Positions 8,947 to 17,792 of a DNA stretch of 64,000 bases are shown in pieces. The notes beneath the pieces are model-generated. The model worked only from the letters and a program-made list of their open reading frames with translations. It searched no databases and had not been told where the DNA came from. Source of the DNA: Calditrichota bacterium (GTDB lineage Bacteria; Zhuqueibacterota; Zhuqueibacteria; JANLFK01; Oleimicrobiaceae). The first letter of the stretch is position 1, and each line of letters opens with the position of its first letter. The translations under genes were made by a program, and so were the position numbers. The DNA lies in the NCBI GenBank assembly GCA_014359355.1, contig JACIZP010000177.1:662-64661 (forward strand), in the 5' to 3' direction.

Positions 8947-11900
8947 CTACCGCAGTATCGCAAATTTGCCTACCTGGGTTTGCCCATTGGGCGTCTCCAC
9001 CACGTAGAGGTACATGCCGTAGGCCACCTCCTGCTGGTTGAAGCTCAGCATGTTCCAGTAGGTCCAGCTCTGCGTCTCATGCTCGTGGTGAAGGGTATAC
9101 ACCCGCTCTCCGGTAATGGTGTAGATGTGGATGTCGCACTTGTTGGGCAGGTTGGTGAATTGAATCTGCCGCTGGTTGGGGTCAAGCTCCCATTGCGCGG
9201 AGATGATGTACGGATTGGGCACCACGCGCACCTTCTTCAGGTCGGCCTTCTCAGCTTCCCGCACCACATAGCGGCTGGTGTTGAGGCGGAACTTGTCCCG
9301 CTTGCCCACAAAGGGCTTGCCCGAGATGATGCGCAGCACATCGCCAGTCTGCGGGGCCACTCCAGTATCCACCTTCGTGTACACCCACTGCCCATTCACC
9401 AGGGTACTGTCGATGCGCGGAGGCGGAGCCGAAAGCTTGAATGTCCAGGTAAACTTGGCCGGCTTGCCTGTCTCCACCACCTCGCGCAGTTTGAGCTCGT
9501 CACCGCTGGTCCAGGTCGCTTTCATTTGGGGCGTGGTATCCGCTGGGTTTGCGGTGAAGTGACCAAAAGCCGCCTTCTTGTTGAGCGTCAAGTTCCAGAT
9601 CTCAAAAGGCGTAATGTAGGTGGCCGGCTGAAAGGCCGTGTCTGGCTCGCTTACAAACCTAAACTCATAGTCAAAGGGAAAGTCGCCGGCTGGAGTGCCC
9701 GTGACCTGCCAGTTGCAGGGCGACTCCGTGCCGCGCTGCCCCCGGTACCAGTAGGTCGAGTCGGGGTCAAGGCTCACGGTGCTGAAGCGCTCCACCACCG
9801 TGAGCTGCAGGCCATCGAAGATCGGCCCCTCAGCAGAGGCACCCAGTGGACCGTTGTCCACCACCTGCTGACCTGTCGCCTCGTCCAGGACGTCGTAGTA
9901 CTTCACCCCCGGCTTTGCGTCGTCGATGGTAATCAGGTACGAGTGTCCAGTCACCGCGAACTGGTCAAAGATTCTGGCAGTGAGCGTGTTGCCGGTGTAC
10001 GCACCAGGCAGAGCCTCCACTGCGATGGTCGGCGCCACGTAGTTGCTAGGCGTAGGTCCAGGGGTGACCTCCACCAGGTTCGGCGCGGCCTGCGGGTTTA
10101 CCCCTTTGGCGCACTCTAACGAGTTCAGGTCCGCCCACCCGGCTAAAGCTAACGAGTCGCCACGTGCCAGGCTAATGCCCCGGTCGTAGGAGGTCACACT
10201 GTACCAATAAGTGACACCGTTCTTCACGTTGTTGTCCGTCCACGAGTGCACCAGGCCGGTATTGTTGCCGAGGTTGAGGTGCGGGTAGTTGGGGTCAAGG
10301 CCACTCACGTTATCGTTGAGGTCAAATTGCGCCACCGGGATGAACCCCACCGCGTTGCCTAATCCGTCGCGAATGATCTCGCCCCACTGGTTGTTAGTCG
10401 GGTTGGAGGTCGTCCGATAGATACGGTACCCCTGAAAGTCCTTGGCGCCAGTCATCAAGTCGCGGCTCTCCTCGGCGCTGCGGTCCCAGTAGAGGGTCAC
10501 CTTGCCGTCGCCTGGCACCGCCGTGACGCGCGGCGGCGACGGCGGGTCGGCCCCCTGGTAGAACAGCTCGTACATGAACTGCGCATTGCGCGCGTTGAAC
10601 TTGTAGTCTTCGAAATCATCGCCGGCGATCATGCAGAAGCTGAAGGTGGTCGTGTCACCGGCCGGCAGGTCGAACGGCCCTGTGCTCATGATGAACACGC
10701 AGTCTAACCCGGTGGGGAACTTTTCCCTGATCAGCTCCGGCGAATCCAGGTGCGGATTCAGCTTGCCGCTGGGGTCCGGCCAGAAGTAGTTGTCCTGCTG
10801 CTCGATGGACAGGTTCGAGGTGTCGCCGCTCATCAATTTGTACTGCTCCAGCTCCTGCTTGTCCGGGGTCAACACGCCTGGCCGTTGCTCCCAGTTGAAC
10901 CAATGCCAGTCGGTGAGCCCGAGCTGTTGTCCCTCCGGAATATCGATGATCCCGTCCTTGTCCAAGTCCACACCACCCGCGGGAGCCTTCGGCGTCTCCA
11001 GCAGCTTGAGGCCAATATACACCTTCCATGCCGCCGGGTCAGCCACGCCGCTAAAGTCGCCCGTACCCCAACGATAGTCGTAGAAGTAGGCCGTGTTGTA
11101 CCGGTAGGTGGTGTCCTTCTTGGCGTCGTACTCCGAGATCAGGAACCCCATCCAGTCCATGCGGTCGTTGTAGGTAGTGGTGAGGTTGTACTCCGGGAGG
11201 TCCGCATCGATGTAAAAGCCGAAGTAGACTCCCTTGTAATCGTAGCCAATGCCCCGTGGGTCGATCGCCTTGCTATTGTTGATGATCCGGCACGGGAAGA
11301 AGATAAAGTCCTCGGCGTAGGACCTTCCATAGGTGTAGGCAGTCACCTCCACGTCGATGCCAGTGGCATAGCCTTGGTCCACGCGGCCGTCCGCCTCGGC
11401 ATAGCGCTGACCGACGTTGTTGAGGTCATAGTCGTTCATCACGAAAAAGACGTCTTTGTCGGAGGTGAATTTGCCGGGGATGATCTCCCCAGTTTTGGGG
11501 TCCCGCGCCCACGGCCCGGGCCAGATGCGATTGCCACTGGCATCCTTCGGCCAGGAGGCCTCGATTGTGCTGGTGGCGACAATGGGCAGGCCTTTGATGC
11601 TCGACGGCGCATTGGCCATCACGTCGCCCACGGTCACGTCGCCAGAATGAAGCTTGCCGTAGGAGCCGGCCTTGGGGCCCCAGTCTGCGGCCACGTTTCG
11701 CTCCGAAACCGTGGCCCCCATGCTCACCGTGTCACCTTTGACTGGGTCATAGCGCCGCGGTGCCCATGGTCCATCCGGAATGCCCAACATTGGGAAAAGG
11801 TCCGGCACGTAGGACCACCCCTTGTAGAAAAACGCCGGCACCGAGGGTCGGTAGTCCCATGTGGACAGACGGCCGTCGTTAAACACCGCATGCTGCACCT

Positions 11901-12045
11901 TGCCCACATCCAGTATGCCCACGGCGATGTCGCGGCTGTGCATGGGCTTCTGCAGACCCTTCTGCTGTTGCTGGTTCAGGTCCGCTGCCCAGGCCAAGGC
12001 GGCCAGTAGGACAATGCAGAGGAACACGAGCGCTTCTCGTCTCAT
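8947..12045 (-). CDS. Large secreted protein with T9SS C-terminal sorting domain (function unknown)
   Basis: 1033 aa; signal peptide (ALVFLCIVLLAALAWAA); C-terminus 'CDIHIYTITGERVYTLHHEHETQSWTYWN...GMYLYVVETPNGQTQVGKFAILR' is the type-A Por secretion CTD pattern; start moved to second ATG (AGGAGA RBS). Confidence 0.6.
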   Translation of the reverse strand: MRREALVFLCIVLLAALAWAADLNQQQQKGLQKPMHSRDIAVGILDVGKVQHAVFNDGRLSTWDYRPSVPAFFYKGWSYVPDLFPMLGIPDGPWAPRRYDPVKGDTVSMGATVSERNVAADWGPKAGSYGKLHSGDVTVGDVMANAPSSIKGLPIVATSTIEASWPKDASGNRIWPGPWARDPKTGEIIPGKFTSDKDVFFVMNDYDLNNVGQRYAEADGRVDQGYATGIDVEVTAYTYGRSYAEDFIFFPCRIINNSKAIDPRGIGYDYKGVYFGFYIDADLPEYNLTTTYNDRMDWMGFLISEYDAKKDTTYRYNTAYFYDYRWGTGDFSGVADPAAWKVYIGLKLLETPKAPAGGVDLDKDGIIDIPEGQQLGLTDWHWFNWEQRPGVLTPDKQELEQYKLMSGDTSNLSIEQQDNYFWPDPSGKLNPHLDSPELIREKFPTGLDCVFIMSTGPFDLPAGDTTTFSFCMIAGDDFEDYKFNARNAQFMYELFYQGADPPSPPRVTAVPGDGKVTLYWDRSAEESRDLMTGAKDFQGYRIYRTTSNPTNNQWGEIIRDGLGNAVGFIPVAQFDLNDNVSGLDPNYPHLNLGNNTGLVHSWTDNNVKNGVTYWYSVTSYDRGISLARGDSLALAGWADLNSLECAKGVNPQAAPNLVEVTPGPTPSNYVAPTIAVEALPGAYTGNTLTARIFDQFAVTGHSYLITIDDAKPGVKYYDVLDEATGQQVVDNGPLGASAEGPIFDGLQLTVVERFSTVSLDPDSTYWYRGQRGTESPCNWQVTGTPAGDFPFDYEFRFVSEPDTAFQPATYITPFEIWNLTLNKKAAFGHFTANPADTTPQMKATWTSGDELKLREVVETGKPAKFTWTFKLSAPPPRIDSTLVNGQWVYTKVDTGVAPQTGDVLRIISGKPFVGKRDKFRLNTSRYVVREAEKADLKKVRVVPNPYIISAQWELDPNQRQIQFTNLPNKCDIHIYTITGERVYTLHHEHETQSWTYWNMLSFNQQEVAYGMYLYVVETPNGQTQVGKFAILR

Positions 12046-12090
12046 GGTCATTCTCCTGGGGTAGAGTCTACGGTTACCTTTCCTGAGCTG

Positions 12091-15000
12091 CTACATCTCC
12101 AGGCGCAGGCCCAGGTCGATGCGCCGCCGCTCGCCGTACCAGTGCGGGTGGTCATACTGCGTGCTGTACGCCGTACGGCTCATGGTCGGGCCGGGATCGG
12201 TCGGGCTGCCGGTCTCCGAATACACGGTGAGCACGTTCTTGCGGTCCAGGATGTTCCACACTCGTGCCACCAACGCGGCGCGCAGACGCCCGAACAGCAC
12301 AAAGTCCCGGCGGAACACCCCATCAAGCGTCATGCGCCACGGTCGCCGCGCGGTGTTAGGCTCCAGCGCCTGGCCGCCCACCGTCGGCGTGTAGGGGTAA
12401 CCACTGGAGCCGCGGAAGATAAACTGCAGCGTCGTGCGCTCAAACGGCCGCACACCAAAGATCTTCGGGCCTTGCCCTCTTCCCAAAGCGTAGCCAGCGT
12501 TGATGTCGATGACGTGGGTCTGATCCCATGGCATCAGGTACTCCTTCTTCGGCCGGTTCTCCTCGGTGTCACTGTCCCAGTACCCGGCCCAGGAGTAATA
12601 CTTGTTCGCCTTGGCCACAGAGTAAGTGTACTCCAAGGTACCGAAGTAGTTGTCACTGAAGCGCTTCTCCAAGCTGATGTCGATTCCCTTGGAGCTGCCA
12701 AAGTCGCTGTTGTGGATAATCGAGTAGCTGTAGAGCCCTAAGCTGTCCGGGTCAAAGCCGGTGATGCGGTAGCTCCCTGGGTCGCCGTTGTTCTCCTTGG
12801 CCCATGCCGCCACGCTCAGCTTCCAATTGTCGCCAATCTGCTGATCCACGCCCAGTTCATAGGCCTCAGTGCGCGCCGCATCCATATTGGCCCAGCCGAA
12901 CAACGGTAGGGGCGAGTTCAGGTTAAGGGTCTGGTTGGTGTACAGGTCCCGGTAGTCCGGCACCTGGAAGAAGTGGCCATAGGCAAAATGGAAGGTGGCC
13001 CGATCGGTGATCGGATGGCCAATGCCCAAACGAGGGCTCCACTGCCACTTCTTCCTCCCCGTCTGCACCTGCGAGGTGGGATCGTTCCAGTTTTCCCACG
13101 CCCGCCCTTTGGAATCGGCAAAGTCGAAGCGGATTCCGGCGTTGACGATGAGGTTTTCGAACTCCATTTTGTCCTGAATGTACGCTGAAATCTCCACGGG
13201 ATGGGTGTGGTAGTACTCCACATACGGGTTGGCAAGGTAGGGGTGCTGGAGTTCCAGGAAGAACAGGCCTCCGGATTCGCCACCTGCCAGCTTGCCAAGT
13301 AGGCTGTTCTTGTCAAAGCCGAAGGTCTTGTACTCGCCGCCAATCTTCACCTGGTGGCTGCGGTGCGCCTGCCAGGTGAGGCTGCCGGAGAGCTCGAAAT
13401 CCTGCTGGAAATTCCGCGTCCAGTACTGCGTAGTGTAACCGTAGTACACGTAGCGCGGCACCTGCACGCCATGTTCGGTGATGGTATCTACCCGGACGAA
13501 GGTAAGGTCGCACGCAAAACCACCGGTGGAAGTCCTGTCCGGGTATTCCTGTGGGGTCACCGGCCATTCGCGGGCGATCTGCTGGCGCCGGGCCTCGATC
13601 TCCGCATCGGTGGGCTTGCGACCGTTTTCCTTCTCGAACTGCTCGATCCACGTCTCGAGAAATGCATCCCTGAAGAGCTCCGAGTGGCCTGCGGTCAACT
13701 CGTGGCCATCCGGACCATACACGCGATAGCGGCGATGCTTCCAGAAACGTGAGCCGCGCAGCTCGTAAAAGAGCTTGGGGCTCACCTGGTGCGTCCAGAT
13801 CAGACCTTGCTGCTCAGTCTGGTCGGTGACGATGTGGATGCCCTGCTCGGCAAAGCGCCAGAAGTCGTCGAAGTAGCGGAACCGCCGCTGCGTCTGCCGG
13901 TGGGTGTAGACCAACTTCATGCTGGGGTTGATCCGCCAGGAGAGCTTGCCGGCAAAGTCATAGTCGGAGTTGAAGCCAAAAGCCATCCAGCCGGCAGTGT
14001 CGTCCCAACGAATCAGGTCGTTGATGCCGTCACCTTCGCCTGCGTCCTTGGTGTTCGGCTTGCGGTCCTCTCCCCAGTCGGCTTTCCAGGACCACGCCTT
14101 CCGCCAGGCGCCGGTGGCCCAGTGCCGCATCACATCGCCGACGTAGCGGTAGGTGCTGTTGTTGCGCAACTTGTTGATGTCGGTTACTTCCGTGATGATC
14201 CCTGCGTCGATCTGCTCCTGGATCTTCTTGTAGCGAGGATCCTCGGGATGGTCCAGGAGCCAATTGAGCGGTGTCGGGTCGTAAGTGTACTGGTCGTACT
14301 CCAGCACCGTGTACTTGCGGTAGCCCTGTGAGCCAGAAAGGAAGAAGCTCAGTCCCTTAACAAACGGCACCGGGCCGCCAAAGGAGCCGATGACCTGGTG
14401 GGCGTTGCGCAGGTCGTCGCTCTTGGAGCCCAGCCAGCCCGCCACCTCGCCGCTGGTCACCTCCGCCATGCCGGAGTAGTAGTCGCGCCCCTCTTTGGTG
14501 ACGATGTTGACCACCGCCGATTGCGCCTCGCCGTACTCCGCGTCAAAGTTGCCGGTGATGACCGTCAGCTCATCGATGGCCTCCCGGTTGACCGTGGTCC
14601 CCATGCCGGCGTAGATGGCATCTTCCACGTACATCCCGTCCACCATGTAGGCGATCTGGCCACTTCTGCCGCCGCGCACGTGGGTTTGGTCAAGGCCGCG
14701 CGCCTCAAAGCCGGCGATCTTGTTCTGGTAGCCTTCCATGACGGTGATACCCGACTGCAGGGTCATGATGTCCTGCACCGAGCGCACGGGCATGTTGGTG
14801 ATCATCTCCGCCGTGACCGTGGTGCGCTTGGTGGTGACCGAAGGCTCGATGAGCGGCCGCTCTGCTGTCACCTCCACGGCCTTGCCCAAGTCGATCACCG
14901 TGGGGCTGAGCTCAAAGTTGATCTTAGTGGTCAGGTCAACGCTCACCCGCACACCGGTAACCGTCTCCCGCTGATAGCCGATCATGGAAGCCGTTACCCG

Positions 15001-15225
15001 ATAGACGCCAGGCCGCACGTTGATGATGAAGTAGTAGCCGTCAGCGTCGGTTGCTGCCCCCATCTTCGTGCCCTCGATGAACACGTTGGCACCGGGCAGG
15101 GGTTGGCCCGTTTCCTTGTCCTTTACGAACCCGGCGAGCTTGCCTGTGGTGCCAGCAAACAGCGTCACCGGCACTGCCAGCACCAGGGCGAGAGCCAGGG
15201 CCAGGACTACCTGTGCGCGTTTCAC
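12091..15225 (-). CDS. TonB-dependent receptor, SusC/RagA-like (CarbopepD_reg + plug + barrel)
   Basis: GTG start 15225 preceded by AGGAGG RBS; signal peptide; 'GKLAGFVKDKETGQPLPGANVF...DGYYFI' carboxypeptidase-regulatory-like domain; TonB plug (ITGNFDAEYGEAQSAVVNIVTKEG); ~1045 aa typical of SusC-like receptors; C-terminal residue is M rather than the usual F. Confidence 0.75.
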   Translation of the reverse strand: MKRAQVVLALALALVLAVPVTLFAGTTGKLAGFVKDKETGQPLPGANVFIEGTKMGAATDADGYYFIINVRPGVYRVTASMIGYQRETVTGVRVSVDLTTKINFELSPTVIDLGKAVEVTAERPLIEPSVTTKRTTVTAEMITNMPVRSVQDIMTLQSGITVMEGYQNKIAGFEARGLDQTHVRGGRSGQIAYMVDGMYVEDAIYAGMGTTVNREAIDELTVITGNFDAEYGEAQSAVVNIVTKEGRDYYSGMAEVTSGEVAGWLGSKSDDLRNAHQVIGSFGGPVPFVKGLSFFLSGSQGYRKYTVLEYDQYTYDPTPLNWLLDHPEDPRYKKIQEQIDAGIITEVTDINKLRNNSTYRYVGDVMRHWATGAWRKAWSWKADWGEDRKPNTKDAGEGDGINDLIRWDDTAGWMAFGFNSDYDFAGKLSWRINPSMKLVYTHRQTQRRFRYFDDFWRFAEQGIHIVTDQTEQQGLIWTHQVSPKLFYELRGSRFWKHRRYRVYGPDGHELTAGHSELFRDAFLETWIEQFEKENGRKPTDAEIEARRQQIAREWPVTPQEYPDRTSTGGFACDLTFVRVDTITEHGVQVPRYVYYGYTTQYWTRNFQQDFELSGSLTWQAHRSHQVKIGGEYKTFGFDKNSLLGKLAGGESGGLFFLELQHPYLANPYVEYYHTHPVEISAYIQDKMEFENLIVNAGIRFDFADSKGRAWENWNDPTSQVQTGRKKWQWSPRLGIGHPITDRATFHFAYGHFFQVPDYRDLYTNQTLNLNSPLPLFGWANMDAARTEAYELGVDQQIGDNWKLSVAAWAKENNGDPGSYRITGFDPDSLGLYSYSIIHNSDFGSSKGIDISLEKRFSDNYFGTLEYTYSVAKANKYYSWAGYWDSDTEENRPKKEYLMPWDQTHVIDINAGYALGRGQGPKIFGVRPFERTTLQFIFRGSSGYPYTPTVGGQALEPNTARRPWRMTLDGVFRRDFVLFGRLRAALVARVWNILDRKNVLTVYSETGSPTDPGPTMSRTAYSTQYDHPHWYGERRRIDLGLRLEM

Positions 15226-15254
15226 TGCCGCGGCCTCCTCTGTTTGGTGAAAAA

Positions 15255-15270
15255 AAAAGTTGCAACTTTT
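15255..15270. promoter_or_regulatory. Perfect 16-bp palindrome AAAAGTTGCAACTTTT in the TBDR leader (candidate operator)
   Basis: Self-complementary sequence 15-30 nt upstream of the receptor RBS; a second half-site copy GAAAAGTTGCAATTCC lies at 15476-15491 next to a putative -35. Confidence 0.4.
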
Positions 15271-15300
15271 TCCCCATCTGCTGCGTCTTAAAGGTGTGCC

Positions 15301-15358
15301 AAAACAAAAAGGGCGGTCCTCTCCCCTGGATCCTTGCGCGGATTTCGGGAGACCGCCC
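15301..15358 (-). terminator. Strong intrinsic terminator/attenuator hairpin inside the TBDR upstream region
   Basis: Minus strand: GGGCGGTCTCCC-20 nt loop-GGGGAGAGGACCGCCC followed by TTTTTGTTTT; lies between a sigma70-like promoter (15444-15471) and the receptor start, or alternatively terminates the upstream operon ending at 15605. Confidence 0.55.
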
Positions 15359-15443
15359 CCTGGCTTCTGGCACAACGGGCTATTGGCATGGGTCTGGCAG
15401 CTCCTGCTAATAGCCTTTTCTTTTCTGGGGGTTTCTATGCCGT

Positions 15444-15471
15444 AAAATAATGAATCCGCCCCAGTTTGTCA
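15444..15471 (-). promoter_or_regulatory. Sigma70-like promoter (TTGACA-16-TATTTT) reading toward the TBDR operon
   Basis: Minus-strand TTGACA (15471..15466), 16-nt spacer, TATTTT (15449..15444) in an AT-rich island. Confidence 0.35.
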
Positions 15472-15604
15472 AGAGAAAAGTTGCAATTCCGCGGCAGAGA
15501 GACAAGAAAAAAAGTCGACTTAAGGCAAGCTTGTGGGGGAAGGAGCGCCGGCGGGGATTTCGGGCGGAGTTTCGCTGAGGGCAAGCCCGCGCTTTAGCCA
15601 GGGG

Positions 15605-16168
15605 TTAAGCGCCATCAGTCTTTGCGCCTTCCATGCGTGCCCCCTCCAGGTTTGCATGTGCCAGGTGTGCACCGCGCAGGTCGGTGTCGGACAGGTCAGC
15701 CCCCGTCAAGTCCGCGCGCTCCAGGTGAGCACCCCGCAGGATGGCACCTGCCAAGTTCGCCCCCTTGAGGTTGGCGCGCTTCAGCCGTGCGTCGGTCAGG
15801 TTCGCGCCGCGCAGGTTCGCCCTGGCAAGGTGCGCCCCGAACAGAGCGCAGGCAACCATTTCTGCCCTGGCAGCCGACGCCCCCTCCAAGTTCGTGTCTT
15901 GTAGGTTCGTCTCCACCAGCACGGCACCGTCCAGGCGAGCCCGGCTGAGGTTAGCGCCAAACAGGAAGGCCCGCGTGAGATTGGCACCGCTGAGGTTGGC
16001 TCGTTCGAGGTTGGCATTCTGCAGGTGGGCATCGCTGAGGTCAGCATTGCGGAGGTCCAGGCCCCGCAAGTCTTCGTAAGACAAGTCCGCTTCTCGGAGA
16101 TCAAGGCCGGCAAGTGACTCGCCCTGTCGGGCGCGCGCCAGGATCTCCTCTCGGGTCAAACGTGCCAT
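15605..16168 (-). CDS. Pentapeptide-repeat protein
   Basis: 187 aa made almost entirely of A(D/N)LxG(A)xL quintets ([38 protein letters not shown]...). Confidence 0.8.
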   Translation of the reverse strand: MARLTREEILARARQGESLAGLDLREADLSYEDLRGLDLRNADLSDAHLQNANLERANLSGANLTRAFLFGANLSRARLDGAVLVETNLQDTNLEGASAARAEMVACALFGAHLARANLRGANLTDARLKRANLKGANLAGAILRGAHLERADLTGADLSDTDLRGAHLAHANLEGARMEGAKTDGA

Positions 16169-16177
16169 GGGGTCCTC

Positions 16178-16516
16178 CTAAGCAAAGCTGCGCACCCCCT
16201 GTTCCTCGCTGTCGAACACCTCGAAGACGGAGTCCAGCCGGGTGATCACCAGCGGGCGGCGTGTCCCCTCATTGAGTCCCACCAGGCGCAGGTCACCGCC
16301 GGCGCTGCGCATGGTGGTCAGCCCGCTGATGAGCATGCCCAGCCCGGAGCTGTTCATCCAGGTCACCTGGCTCAGATCCACCAGCACGTTCACGATGCCC
16401 TCGCCGATGGCGCGATAGAGCATCTCGCGGAAGCGTTCGGCGTCTTTGCCTCCCATGAGCTTGCCACTCAGGCCCACGACCAACACGTCCCCCACACGCT
16501 TTTCCTCAAGCTCCAT
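16178..16516 (-). CDS. STAS-domain anti-sigma-factor antagonist (SpoIIAA-like)
   Basis: 'VVGLSGKLMGGKDAERFREML...VLVDLSQVTWMNSSGLGMLISGL' STAS fold with the phosphorylatable Ser in NSSGLG; start chosen at MELEEKRV by alignment with paralog at 55764..56102. Confidence 0.75.
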   Translation of the reverse strand: MELEEKRVGDVLVVGLSGKLMGGKDAERFREMLYRAIGEGIVNVLVDLSQVTWMNSSGLGMLISGLTTMRSAGGDLRLVGLNEGTRRPLVITRLDSVFEVFDSEEQGVRSFA

Positions 16517-16541
16517 GCTTCCTCCTGGCTTTGCCAACAGG

Positions 16542-17789
16542 CTACTCGTACCGCAGTGCTTCGATCGGATCCAGCCGTGCGGCCCTGGCTGCCGGGTAGA
16601 TGCCGAAGACGATGCCCACCAAGGAGATGAACCCCAGCCCCAACAGGACCGCCCACACCGGCACCGCAGCCGGCAGGGGCGTGAGGGCGCCGATGAGCAA
16701 CCCTATGCCCACGCCGAGCACAGCGCCGATGATCCCACCGAACTCACAGATCAACACCGCCTCCAACAGGAACTGCCCCAGAATGTCGCGACGCCGCGCA
16801 CCCACTGCCTTGCGGATACCGATCTCCCTGGTGCGCTCGGTGACCGACACCAGCATGATGTTCATCACGCCGATGCCGCCCACTAGCAGCGAGATGCCAC
16901 AAATGACCAGCGCCGCCACAAAGACAACCTTGGTCACATTGCGCCAGGTCTCCATCAACGAGTCCCTGGTCATAATTTCAAAGTCGTTGGGCTCGCCGGG
17001 CGGCACCCGCCGCACAGCCCGCATAATCCCCGTCACCTCTTCAATGGCCTGATTCAAGAGCTCGGGCCGCACTGCCTTGCAGTCCACATACACACTGCGA
17101 TTCATTCCGTAAAACTTGCCGAAGGTGGAGATGGGAATAATCACATGCGCGTCCTGGCTCTGGCCAAAGACAGACCCCTTCTCCTCCAGTACGCCGATCA
17201 CCGTACAGCGATGTCCATCGATGAGGATGTCCTCGCCCACCGCTTCGCGGAACGGGAAGAGCTGCTCGGCGAGGTCCGTGCCGATGACGCACACCTGCCG
17301 TCGCCGCTGTACGTCCATCTCGTTGATGAAGCGGCCTTCGCTCACGAACTGCCCGTCAGCCTCCTGGCGGTATTGGTCGCCGCCGAAGACCATGATGTCC
17401 GGGTTGGTCTTCTTGTCGCCGTGCCGCAGGGTCGCGCCAAAGCGAAAGACCACCGGTGACACCACGCTGACCAATGTGGCGCGCCGCTGCAGTTCCTCCA
17501 CTTCCTCCAAGGTGATGTTACGCCGGTTGCGGTATTTCTGCCACGAGTCCCCAATCTGTACTGCCGGATACTTGCGGATCTGGAAGGTGTCCGCACCCAG
17601 GACCGACAGCTCTTTCTCCCACCAGTTGTTGAGGCCCTGGATTATGGTCTGCATGCCAATGACCGCGAACACACCGATGATGATGCCCAGCGCGGTCAAG
17701 ATGGAGCGGAACTTGTTCGCGGCGATGGCGCTCACAGACATCTTTATGCTTTCGCGCAAATCCATGGCAGTGTTCGCCTTGCTCCTCAT
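16542..17789 (-). CDS. ABC transporter permease, FtsX/MacB family (MacB periplasmic domain + 4 TM)
   Basis: 415 aa; N-terminal TM then large periplasmic domain, C-terminal FtsX core 'ERTREIGIRKAVGARRRDILGQFLLEAVLI'. Confidence 0.8.
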   Translation of the reverse strand: MRSKANTAMDLRESIKMSVSAIAANKFRSILTALGIIIGVFAVIGMQTIIQGLNNWWEKELSVLGADTFQIRKYPAVQIGDSWQKYRNRRNITLEEVEELQRRATLVSVVSPVVFRFGATLRHGDKKTNPDIMVFGGDQYRQEADGQFVSEGRFINEMDVQRRRQVCVIGTDLAEQLFPFREAVGEDILIDGHRCTVIGVLEEKGSVFGQSQDAHVIIPISTFGKFYGMNRSVYVDCKAVRPELLNQAIEEVTGIMRAVRRVPPGEPNDFEIMTRDSLMETWRNVTKVVFVAALVICGISLLVGGIGVMNIMLVSVTERTREIGIRKAVGARRRDILGQFLLEAVLICEFGGIIGAVLGVGIGLLIGALTPLPAAVPVWAVLLGLGFISLVGIVFGIYPAARAARLDPIEALRYE

Positions 17790-17792
17790 CCG

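Noticed and set aside
8914-12009. Two long + strand ORFs (401 aa, 419 aa)
   Set aside because: Antisense to the 1033-aa T9SS cargo gene; Arg/Val/His-rich nonsense composition
12091-12100. TonB-dependent receptor ending in Met instead of the usual aromatic residue (possible truncation/pseudogene)
   Set aside because: Full plug and barrel-length sequence present with no frame disruption; unusual terminal residue alone is insufficient
15255-15270. Palindrome AAAAGTTGCAACTTTT as an intrinsic terminator
   Set aside because: Stem has only 2 G-C pairs and no loop; more consistent with a protein-binding operator
14398-15291. 297-aa ORF on + strand
   Set aside because: Antisense to the TonB-dependent receptor gene
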